NCBI GenBank assembly: GCA_963726455.1
Contig: CAVSCK010000005.1
Span: 192,001-256,000, forward strand
Reading direction: 5' to 3'
Length of the DNA stretch: 64,000 nucleotides
Source: an uncultured bacterium
Lineage (GTDB): Bacteria; Zixibacteria; MSB-5A5; CAIYYT01
How positions within the stretch are numbered: position 1 is the first letter of the stretch; the number at the start of each line of letters is the position of its first letter. Shown here piece by piece: positions 8,639 through 17,326 of this stretch. A program made the position numbers and the translations under genes. The notes beneath the pieces are model-generated. The model was given only the letters and a program-made list of their open reading frames with translations, was not told where the DNA came from and made no database searches.

Positions 8639-8992
8639 ATGATCAAAAGGTTGATGTTATTGGCGACCTTATCGGTCCTCCTCGGGGTGTTGGTACTTTC
8701 CGTGCCGCTCGTGGCCGCTGACAGTGCGAGACCGCTGAAGGGACAGACGACGGTGGTCAAGGCACAACCGGTCACAGCGGGACCCTCGGTTCAAGCAGTT
8801 CCAGCAGCAGGCGCATCATTCCTGCAATTCCTGAGATTCAATATTGCGCGCTGGCTGGGTATTCCCGGTCCGGTAGTCGCGCCAAAGCCGCCGGTCAAGG
8901 ATGGACCGCAGAAGAGCAGTGGCAACTGGATAATTGACCCAAGATATATTAGTGCACCAATGAGGGATAACGGGGGACATGAGCCAACTTAG
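8639..8992 (+). CDS. Small secreted protein (117 aa), candidate signalling pro-peptide
   Basis: Sec signal ending VAA/DS; Pro/Ala/Val-rich linker, amphipathic FLQFLRFNIARWLG, polar tail; 18 bp before the activator gene. Confidence 0.7.
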   Translation: MIKRLMLLATLSVLLGVLVLSVPLVAADSARPLKGQTTVVKAQPVTAGPSVQAVPAAGASFLQFLRFNIARWLGIPGPVVAPKPPVKDGPQKSSGNWIIDPRYISAPMRDNGGHEPT

Positions 8993-9010
8993 TGATAAGG
9001 TATCGCTCTA

Positions 9011-11241
9011 ATGATGATAAGTATTGAGCGTACATTTGCTCAAGTCCACGCTTTGATTGAAAGGGCGGACTATGCCGAGGCGGAGAAGCTTCTTGCACCG
9101 GTGAGAAGTGAGTGCAAAACTCGGAGGGACGCCACGTCGCTTTCCGAAATGTACTTCTGTTACGGAAGATGTTACTATTACACTGGCAGGTATACCAAGG
9201 CCCTAGCTCGTCTGAGAGCGGCTGTCCGCTTATGCCAGGATTCAGCAAATCACAGACTCTTTGCGCGAGAAAAGGTGCTTCTGGGCGTGATTATGCGATC
9301 CCAGGGTAGACAACGAGATGCCGTAGAAGCATTTACAGAAGCTTTTGCTGCGCGCAAGAGGGCGAGGGACTATGACGGACTCTTTGTCCCCCTTGTCCAT
9401 CTCGCACTTTCCCACTTTTTAGGCGGAGATTTGCATCAAGCGCGGTCCGTCATTGGCGAGGCGCTTTCATACACTCTGAAATACAACGGGGTCTCGGATC
9501 TGCGCCTCTGCCTTCTCAATCGTTTTCTTTTCGAGATGTTCTCTGGCGAGCTTGCCAAGTGCCAGGAGACGCTTGCCGAAGTACGTCTACAGGAGCTCGG
9601 CGTCGTGGATTCGGCGCATGTCAGCTTACACTCCGGCCAATTATTCCTCTTCAGAATGCAGAGTGCCGAAGCGAGCGCTCTGATCAAAGAGGCGATGAAT
9701 ACTTACGCTCGAAACCAGATTCGCAGAGACTACGTCGTCTGCCTTGAGTTCCTCGGCATGAACGAGTACTTCGCGGGCAACTACAAGAAAGCGAAAGCAT
9801 ACTACCAACAGGTTCTCGAGATGCCGGAGCCGACGGCCTCGGCGGTGGCGCAGACACTCAGAATGCTGGCGGATGTCTACATAGCGGAAGGCAATTGGCA
9901 GAAAGCGACCGAGACGGCCGCCAAAGCTGAACAGGCGATTACGAAGATCAACGAACGCATCGAACTGGGCGCTTTGTGGCGGGCACTGGCGCAGATTGCC
10001 GAACATGACGGTGATGCGGCTGCGGCGCGCGAGTCCTGATACAGAAGTCGCTGGAACTGTTGCAGCAGTGCGGTGCGCGCTACGAGTTGGCGCTCAGCCA
10101 TGTGGCCGCCGGAATGTCAGCCGCGTTCACAATGGAGGAACGCCGCAATCATCTGGAACTGGCCCGGACGCTGTTCACCGAAATGGGCGTGCCGAAACGC
10201 GTGGCGCAGGTCGAGAAAGCAATTGCCGGGCTGAATCGTGCGGATAAGAAAACGGCTCGCGACGGTAAAGCCAGGATTGAGGCGCCGACAATTATCACCC
10301 GCAGCCCCATGATGCTGTCAATCCTGGAGCAGATCGCGATGGCGCGTGAGTCCGATCTCACGGTGTTAATCACGGGTGAAACGGGAACCGGCAAGGACCT
10401 GATCGCGGAGTATATTCATTACACTTCCCGGCGCGCTGACAAACCGTTTCGTAATGAGAACACTGCCGCCATCACGGAGTCGCTGCTGGAGACGGAATTG
10501 TTTGGCCATTGTAAAGGCGCCTATTCCGGAGCCGACTATGACAAGCCGGGACTGATCGAGTCGAGCGACGGCGGGACGTTCTGCTTCAACGAGATCGCCG
10601 AAATTCCACCGGCGACGCAGGCGAAGCTTTTGCAGGTGCTGGAAAGCAAAAGTGTGCGCCGCCTGGGCGAGGTCGACAAGCGACCGATTGACGTACGCTT
10701 TGTGGCGATGACCAACCAGAATCTGCCGGCTCTGATTGCCCGCCATGAGTTCCGCGAAGACTTATATCACCGGCTGCAGCAGTTGACCTTCCAGTTGCCA
10801 CCGTTACGCGATCGCCGGGAAGATATCACGCCGCTGTTCGAGCATTTCCTGTTATTGGCTGGATTCAGAAAGGAAGGATTGCCGAGCGCGCAACATCCGC
10901 TGGTGGTGGATCGGCTGCGTGAACTGGACTGGCCGGGCAACGTGCGCGAATTGCGCAATTTCTCCGGACGGGTGGCGGCATTGGCTCCCGACGGCGACAC
11001 CAATAAGATCCTGCGCCTCATTGAGGATCAGGCCAGAGAACACGCGAAGAAAGCTGCATCCGACGACAACAACGGCAATGGCCGCCAGACTCCGTACCGC
11101 GAATCTGACGCCGAAGCGCTGGATACGGAAGAAATGGCGGAATGTCTGGAGCGTTGCCGGGGCAATCTCTCGGCCACCGCCCGCGAACTCAACATTCCCG
11201 AGTCCACCCTGCGCTATCGCCTCCGCAGGCAGGGCAAGTAG
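9011..11241 (+). CDS. TPR-domain sigma54-dependent activator (TPR-AAA+-Fis HTH), split by a one-base frameshift at about 10035
   Basis: 9011..10039 is TPR-like helical repeats; 10060..11241 has GETGTGKD, ETELFGHCKGAYSGA, FREDLYHRL, WPGNVREL and HTH LSATARELNIPESTLRYRL; the downstream frame is open across the junction (LIQKSLELLQQCG). Confidence 0.88.
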
Positions 11242-11488
11242 CCCGTCGCTGAATCAGACTTAATCAAATTCCACGCACGTCATCCTTCTTCGGACAAAGA
11301 GTCGTCCGGCAAGAGTCGCTGATCGCTGTCTCGCGAACGTGGAGCCGCAAATCCTCGTAAAGAATTCGCGAATTCGCGAACGTTTCGCTAATTTTTCGCG
11401 AATCTGCGAGTCGGGGTTTGCGAACAAACTTGCACTCCCGGTTTTGTCATTCAACGAGTTAGCAAATTAGTTCCATCACATCCTGAAT

Positions 11489-11504
11489 TGGCACGCCGGT
11501 TGCA
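11489..11504 (+). promoter_or_regulatory. sigma54 -24/-12 promoter (cassette R1)
   Basis: TGGCAC-GCCGG-TTGCA, perfect consensus; IHF-like ATTCAA-CGAG-TTA at 11449; TTCGCGAA array at 11365-11402. Confidence 0.88.
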
Positions 11505-11549
11505 TTACCGTACTGCAACTGGGCACGGAGTCCATGTCAGGAGAGGAAA

Positions 11550-11633
11550 GTGGCAGGAAGAAAGATTGATACACACGCTGAGGGTACGAACCTCAAAACC
11601 ACACAACTTGCTCTTTTCAGGCGACCCCCGTGA
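11550..11633 (+). CDS. Leader peptide MAGRKIDTHAEGTNLKTTQLALFRRPP (RRPP-stop)
   Basis: GTG after AGGAGAGG RBS; the PP-stop codons form the 5' arm of hairpin 11627-11663. Confidence 0.5.
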   Translation: MAGRKIDTHAEGTNLKTTQLALFRRPP

Positions 11634-11765
11634 TGCCCCGCTATCCAAACCTGGTGTCACGGGTAGCACAAGCGACCGGCAGCCACCAAAGCTGCCGGTT
11701 GCTGGAAATCAAAGTAAGTAAAGGTTGAATTTGATGGAATTGTTTACATTCATAGGAGGCAGAAA

Positions 11766-12497
11766 ATGAAGAAGATTATCAGCGGAATCATGATCGTCGT
11801 CTGGTTGGCGACGTTGGTGGGAGGTTGTCAAAGCGGCAATCAGGTTCCGAACAAGGTAGCCGAGCCGCAAAGTTCAGCAATTGAGTCAGGCAACAGCAAG
11901 ATCATGGTTGATCCAAGTCAGGAGAAACATTCCATACTCATGGCGAATCTGGCGTTGCCCGCAGTGGCGAACTTTACCGACACGCTGGAAGCACAGGGCT
12001 ACGGGTACCGGGAAAATAATTCAGTCATCCTGATCGAAAATCACTATGATGACGAGTGGCGAGACGCCGTGCAACCGGCAAACACAGATCAAAGTCTCAA
12101 GCGCTCTCCGAACAGGAGGATCATCGGCGCCGACACTTTAGTCTGGCAAGTTTTCGAGAATGCGGCACTCGATTCGAGCAAACATACGGCGATCATAACG
12201 GGTTACCATGAAGGCCAAGTCAAGAGTGTCTTCGTCGAAGCGAATGTGACTGTCGAGAACCACTCACTCATTCGGGGTATGGTCTTAGATGGAAATGGGT
12301 CCACAATGGATGATCCCCTTGTTTTCGGCTTTTGGACCAACTGGGGTACTTGTGTCGCGGTGGCCACGGCTCGCTGCCTCGTTACTTGTGGGTTATCGGG
12401 ACCACTATACCTACATTGTCTCGCGGGGTGCGAAGGTTGGGCCATCACCTTCTGCGCTATTGGGGCATACTTAACTTGCTTGATAACTAACAGATAG
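11766..12497 (+). CDS. Lipoprotein with hydrophobic Cys-rich C-terminal tail (bacteriocin-precursor-like)
   Basis: AGGAGG RBS; lipobox VGGC; tail C-x7-C-x3-C-x9-C-x3-C-x7-C-x7-C. Confidence 0.8.
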   Translation: MKKIISGIMIVVWLATLVGGCQSGNQVPNKVAEPQSSAIESGNSKIMVDPSQEKHSILMANLALPAVANFTDTLEAQGYGYRENNSVILIENHYDDEWRDAVQPANTDQSLKRSPNRRIIGADTLVWQVFENAALDSSKHTAIITGYHEGQVKSVFVEANVTVENHSLIRGMVLDGNGSTMDDPLVFGFWTNWGTCVAVATARCLVTCGLSGPLYLHCLAGCEGWAITFCAIGAYLTCLITNR

Positions 12498-12520
12498 TAG
12501 ATGAGAAGGAATCACATCTA

Positions 12521-12772
12521 ATGAATTGGCTCGCTTCAAAGAAGAACGGCATCAGGATTTCGACTGCTGTCTTTTGTCTCACGGGTGTGCTGTTGCTCGC
12601 CGTAGCTCGGCCCTGGCTGGCCTGGGGTATAGCCGGGCTCGCAGCAGGCCTTGTCAGCTTACCTTCTGCATGCGGGGGAAAGTTCACATTTTGGAAAGTT
12701 TTGGGAATCCTGTCAGCCGAGAGTATTGGGGCGGGTCTGCTTGCCCATTTAATCTATTTGGTAACCCGTTAG
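12521..12772 (+). CDS. Small 3-TM membrane protein (immunity-like)
   Basis: 83 aa, hydrophobic, AAGGA RBS, directly after the Cys-rich lipoprotein; paralog of 16188..16445. Confidence 0.7.
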   Translation: MNWLASKKNGIRISTAVFCLTGVLLLAVARPWLAWGIAGLAAGLVSLPSACGGKFTFWKVLGILSAESIGAGLLAHLIYLVTR

Positions 12773-12908
12773 AAGCGACAACATCGGATTTGCACCGCAG
12801 GATGTGTCACAGGGTCGGAGTGACGTTACTTCGACCCTATTGATCATAAACATGGCCGTCGCCGAAGCGCGGCTCGATTACCGAACTTAGATTTTCTGCT
12901 TAAGTTCA

Positions 12909-12969
12909 GTAGGTCGAAACCCCTGGTGGAATTAAGTGTTCTCTACAACTCCCTTTCCGGGGTTTCGAC
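12909..12969. repeat. REP-like inverted repeat
   Basis: GTAG-GTCGAAACCCC...GGGGTTTCGAC; similar at 24488..24548 and a half copy at 31859..31869. Confidence 0.5.
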
Positions 12970-13196
12970 ACTTTCGTAACTACACTCCTTACGATTATCC
13001 ATCCCACAACGAAAACTCGTAGTCTAAGCACAGTACCTCACCGAACGTGGACTCGCAAATCCTCGTAAAGAATTCGCGAATTCGCGAACGTTTCGCTAAT
13101 TTTTCGCGAATCTGCGAGTCGGGGTTTGCGAACAAACTTGCACTCCCGGTTTTGTCATTCAACGAGTTAGCAAATTAGTTCCATCACATCCTGAAT

Positions 13197-13212
13197 TGGC
13201 ACGCCGGTTGCA
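13197..13212 (+). promoter_or_regulatory. sigma54 -24/-12 promoter (cassette R2)
   Basis: TGGCAC-GCCGG-TTGCA. Confidence 0.88.
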
Positions 13213-13257
13213 TTACCGTACTGCAACTGGGCACGGAGTCCATGTCAGGAGAGGAAA

Positions 13258-13341
13258 GTGGCAGGAAGAAAGATTGATACACACGCTGAGGGTACGAACC
13301 TCAAAACCACACAACTTGCTCTTTTCAGGCGACCCCCGTGA
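13258..13341 (+). CDS. Leader peptide ending FRRPP-stop (copy 2)
   Basis: Identical to 11550..11633. Confidence 0.5.
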   Translation: MAGRKIDTHAEGTNLKTTQLALFRRPP

Positions 13342-13473
13342 TGCCCCGCTATCCAAACCTGGTGTCACGGGTAGCACAAGCGACCGGCAGCCACCAAAGC
13401 TGCCGGTCGCGGGAAATCAAAGTAAGTAAAGGTTGAATTTGATGGAATTGTTTACATTCATAGGAGGCAGAAA

Positions 13474-14350
13474 ATGAAGAAGATTATCAGTGGAATCATG
13501 ATCGTCGTCTGGTTGGCGACGTTGGTGGGAGGTTGCAACCAAACCAGTAGGCCCAGTTCGTCGCAAGAGACTGCCGTTGCTCAATTTGAACTCGAATCTG
13601 CGAAAGTTCGGGTCACTCATTTCGCTTACGATTCCCAACAAGGAAGCTTCCAAGTCAATATGCAGTTAGCTTGGTCTGGTGGCGAAGTTACGAAGAACGT
13701 CGCTGCCTTTACAGCGCAGCGGTTGAATGGTGCGTGGAACGGTGCCAGTGTGAGTCTTCGCGACGAGCGTGGGAAGCTTCTTTGGGAATACTTTATCGAT
13801 TGGGACATCAATGATACCACTTGGATAAGAATTCAGGAAAGAACCGACAGAGACGCGCTCTCGATCAAGGAGATTCAGACCCCAATTCGACCACCGAGGA
13901 ATACGTCTTCAATGGAGTGCGGAAGAATTTCACTTGTCCGAAGTATTTGTCGGAAAGTCTGTCAAACGCCAAGCCCGCGACGTTGTCCGAGGCCGATCAG
14001 AGTTTATTGGAGGAGCTGAAGAGTCAGTTTCTTTCGTTCTATAATCCGGACAACAGCCTGTCGTCCAATCGTTACGGCCTTTTGCTGAACGAGCTGCTTA
14101 GCAATGACGGCTTTAAGACCTGGATGAGGAGTTCTGTCGTAGGTGCCGGCACTGCTTCGCACCAGGAAGGCCTGGCGTTATTCACGGACAAGTCAGAGAA
14201 GACAAAGGACTGGAATTGCACTCTGGCCGACGCCTGTTCTACTTTTAGGTGCTCGGGAACAGGCTTAGCAATCCATTGTGTGTTCCCTGCATCGGGTTGA
14301 GTATTGCATGCCTCATTGCAGATATCGTAGGCCTAATTCAGGACAAATAA
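13474..14350 (+). CDS. Second lipoprotein with Cys-rich hydrophobic tail; two apparent frameshifts (about 13870 and 14255)
   Basis: Same signal peptide as 11766 but unrelated body; frames join to ...WNCTLADACSTFRC...SNPLCVPCIGLSIACLIADIVGLIQDK, stop at 14350. Confidence 0.65.
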
Positions 14351-14418
14351 CGGAAACAAGTGCAGTCCAAGAAGATGTTAACCGTATCTTCGGATACTAG
14401 ATTTTCAGGAGATTACAG

Positions 14419-14589
14419 ATGGGAATTGTGCTTTTTCTACTAGCTGCCTTGATCCTAATGATTGGCGGTGTATGGCTAATGTTTGAGTCGCTCAAGTACA
14501 AGAAGCCTGATTCACCTCGCTACCCAGTTCACATATCCGGCCTGGTTCACTCCGGTCTGGAAACAAAGAGATGGTTCACTCCCACTTGA
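14419..14589 (+). CDS. Small membrane protein (immunity-like, possibly frameshifted)
   Basis: AGGAG RBS; MGIVLFLLAALILMIGGVWLMFESLKYKKP... Confidence 0.5.
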   Translation: MGIVLFLLAALILMIGGVWLMFESLKYKKPDSPRYPVHISGLVHSGLETKRWFTPT

Positions 14590-14875
14590 TATCGAAGAAA
14601 TGCACTCGGGTGTTCGCTCACGGGATGTGGCGCGCTCCTCGGCCTCATCTATTCGACACTTAAGATATGTGTGTACCGCTGATCGTGCAACACCACGGAA
14701 CACGCAGGACCAAAAGTCTCGACGAAAGAAACTATCGCGGCGCAAATCGAATTGCGCCGCGAGTATTTCTCAGAATCGCACTGTTGCCCATCTTCTGCAA
14801 TGACCGCGCCCGCGGACCCGCACCTTCTAGCGGTGATGCCGGCCGACTAACCAGAGTCCGAATTAGGAGGACGAG

Positions 14876-16132
14876 ATGATTCAAATGAATCCGAGCAGAA
14901 ATACTTGCATCGGAATTGCTTGGCACTTTTCTCGTGGCCAAGGTAAACGCCGTACCCGGATAACACTTAGGCGAAATTCTCGGGAGGGAAACTGCCGATG
15001 GGCGTTAAGCCGGCGAGCGAAAACTCTTGGACGATCTGGTTGGGAAAGGATCGCGCACGCCGCAATGGACCCGATAGCTCAAGTGCCATCTACGATCGCA
15101 AAAGTGGCCTGGTACGTGCTTCGGGAGAAGTTCAGTTTACTGCAATTCACGGTCAACTGCAGGAGGTCACGATACGACGGTCGATCCTACTCGACCTTCG
15201 CCGACGGAGTCGCAGGATCACTGGCGCCGGCGACAGCGAAAGTGTCCAAAACGGACTCCCTGAAAACAATCGCCGGCCACCGCTGTCGGCTGTTTCTTGA
15301 GCACATCAAAACTCCCTCCGGTTCCGAAAGCACCGCCGGAGATCTGCAAGTTTGGGCGACCACTGATATCGCCTATGACAAGGACTATACAACACGATCG
15401 AGAACGTCCCTCCGCAAGGTCGCCCTTACAAACAGCAGGACACGGAGGAACTGAAGATCGAAGGAATCGCGGTCTTATCAAATAGTAATGCGCGGAACTG
15501 GCTGCCATTGACAATTTAGAATTCGAATCAATCGAGGAGCTGATCGAGTCCGGGAAAAGGATGCGCCTGCAGGGTGGTTTGCTATACCGTCGGATTACAA
15601 TGGTACAAGGGCGGGGAGTAACGCCGCATCGCAGGTTCGCAGTGCACTCGCCTTTGGAATGGTACTGCCAGCTACGAATGATATGACGATGTTTTGGCAC
15701 GGGACAAAAGATCTGGCCGGTGAGGCGAAGAGTTCGCCGCTAACCTTGGCGGTGTTCTTCTCATCGGGTACACGGTGTCCCTCAAGACTAATGGAGATCA
15801 AGGCCTATGAGCGGTTGCTGCCCGTGTTTCGGGAGCGCGGACAGCGCATAGTCGGGGTCGCCTGTCCCAAGGATTCGATTATGATTTGCGAACTACTGTC
15901 GGCGGAGTCACTTCACATTCCGCTCGTAATCTACGATCCGGAAGGATCGGATCTTGGGCTGACATTCGAGCAGATGGGAATCGCGCCGGATAATATGCCC
16001 TTCAAGATTGCGTATGATTCAACGTTTACGGCTATCTACATGCGCGGCGCCGACTACACGCCGGAAAGTCAGAAGGAGTTCGAGACGGCGATGCTTAGAC
16101 TCAGTGAGGCGGTAGCGTCAGGGTGTCTGTGA
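14876..16132 (+). pseudogene. DUF4412-like domain fused to thioredoxin/redoxin-like domain, multiple frameshifts
   Basis: AGGAGG RBS; KTDSLKTIAGHRCRLF...VWATTDI and EKDAPAGWFAIPSDY resemble 16577..17323; the latter is in frame with the 15659..16132 redoxin fold (LAVFFSSGTRCPSR...IVGVA). Confidence 0.6.
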
Positions 16133-16187
16133 CAAAACCCGGAGGAATGGTCGAATGAAAATAGCTGTAGATAGACAGGAGTAGCAG

Positions 16188-16445
16188 ATGTTCAAGAACT
16201 GGGGTCCCAATTCCACTTATGGCTACAAAATCGGCAGCATAATGGGTCTGATCGGAGGAATTGGATTAGCGGTCGTACCAGGCTGGATTGCCTTTGCCAT
16301 AGCGACCGGGGCTGCGGCTGTCGTGCCGATTCCGAACAGGCCGCGAACGTTCTGGCAAGTGGTGTTGTCTGTAGCAGCGATGGGCATAGTTGGCGGAGCC
16401 ATTGGCGAACTGGTTGCAAGACTGTTTCCTCATTTGACGAGTTGA
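16188..16445 (+). CDS. Small 3-TM membrane protein, paralog of 12521..12772
   Basis: Shared NW...G..I...LAV...W.A..IA..AA..V..P...TFW.V pattern; AGGAG RBS. Confidence 0.75.
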   Translation: MFKNWGPNSTYGYKIGSIMGLIGGIGLAVVPGWIAFAIATGAAAVVPIPNRPRTFWQVVLSVAAMGIVGGAIGELVARLFPHLTS

Positions 16446-16576
16446 GCCGCGCAGTCTGTAGATATTCAAACACCAGGTCGGAGCATAAATTCTCCGACCT
16501 TTTTAATCAAAGACACAGTTGCCGCAAGATTACGGCCTGAGTAGAAGAGACTAATTTCCGAATAGGAGTCAATTGT

Positions 16577-17323
16577 ATGTCCTCAAAATCTATTCTTCTT
16601 CTGACAGCAGCAATGATATTTGCCGCATCGCAATTATCAGCCGGAGAAGCGACGAAAAGCGTGCGGCTCAGATATGCGAACAGTATACCAGAGATGAATA
16701 TTGGCGGCATGACCATGCCGGCGCGAGTTGATACGATGACGTATTGGGTCACTACCGGGGCATCCAGAGTTGACATGGTCAATGGGACATCGACCATATA
16801 TAATGCCAAGACCGGACATTGCTACCGGCTCTACACCAAATTCAAGTTCTACCAGGACATGAACCCCGGAGGCGCAGCGAGTGATTCCTTCAATCTCTTC
16901 AGGGAAGGATTGCAGGAGATGCGACCCCAGTTGAAGTCGCAACTGACGCCCACGGATTCGTTCAAAGTCATCAAGGGTTATCGTTGCCGTATGTATCTGA
17001 TGGATTCTCGAGCGCCCGAGTTAATGATGACACAGTCGTCGGAGATCTGGGCCACCGAGGACATCAAAGTTGATACAACCGTGTGGCACGGAATCTTCAC
17101 CCGAGGCGTATCCTCAGATAATGGTTTCGCGAAATGGGGAAAGGAATTCGACAAGATTGACGGAGTGATTGTGCTACAAGTCAGCAAAGTTGCGGTAAAC
17201 AGCGAGGCGATCAAGTTGCCATCATCAACGAGTACCTTCGAGTTGATCGACGTCGCGGAACAGCAGGCGCCGGTGGGTTACTATGAACTTCCCAACGATT
17301 ACGAGGTCAAACCGGGAGAGTAG
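16577..17323 (+). CDS. Secreted DUF4412-like protein
   Basis: Signal peptide; TDSFKVIKGYRCRMY, EIWATEDI, APVGYYELPNDY. Confidence 0.75.
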   Translation: MSSKSILLLTAAMIFAASQLSAGEATKSVRLRYANSIPEMNIGGMTMPARVDTMTYWVTTGASRVDMVNGTSTIYNAKTGHCYRLYTKFKFYQDMNPGGAASDSFNLFREGLQEMRPQLKSQLTPTDSFKVIKGYRCRMYLMDSRAPELMMTQSSEIWATEDIKVDTTVWHGIFTRGVSSDNGFAKWGKEFDKIDGVIVLQVSKVAVNSEAIKLPSSTSTFELIDVAEQQAPVGYYELPNDYEVKPGE

Positions 17324-17326
17324 CCG

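Larger units (their letters stand above)
11334..11827 (+). repeat. 494-bp repeat: UAS + sigma54 promoter + leader + signal-peptide exon, cassette R1
   Basis: Near-identical to 13042..13535 (offset 1708); ends within the lipobox Cys codon. Confidence 0.97.
13042..13535 (+). repeat. 494-bp repeat, cassette R2 copy
   Basis: Near-identical to 11334..11827. Confidence 0.97.

Noticed and set aside
8420-11360. Inverted repeats around the activator as transposon ends
   Set aside because: No transposase or target-site duplication; the same box occurs at four other promoters.
11488-11721. 77-aa ORFs at 11488 and 13196, and 4613..4807
   Set aside because: They start inside or antisense to the sigma54 promoter repeat and have no RBS; shadows of regulatory DNA.
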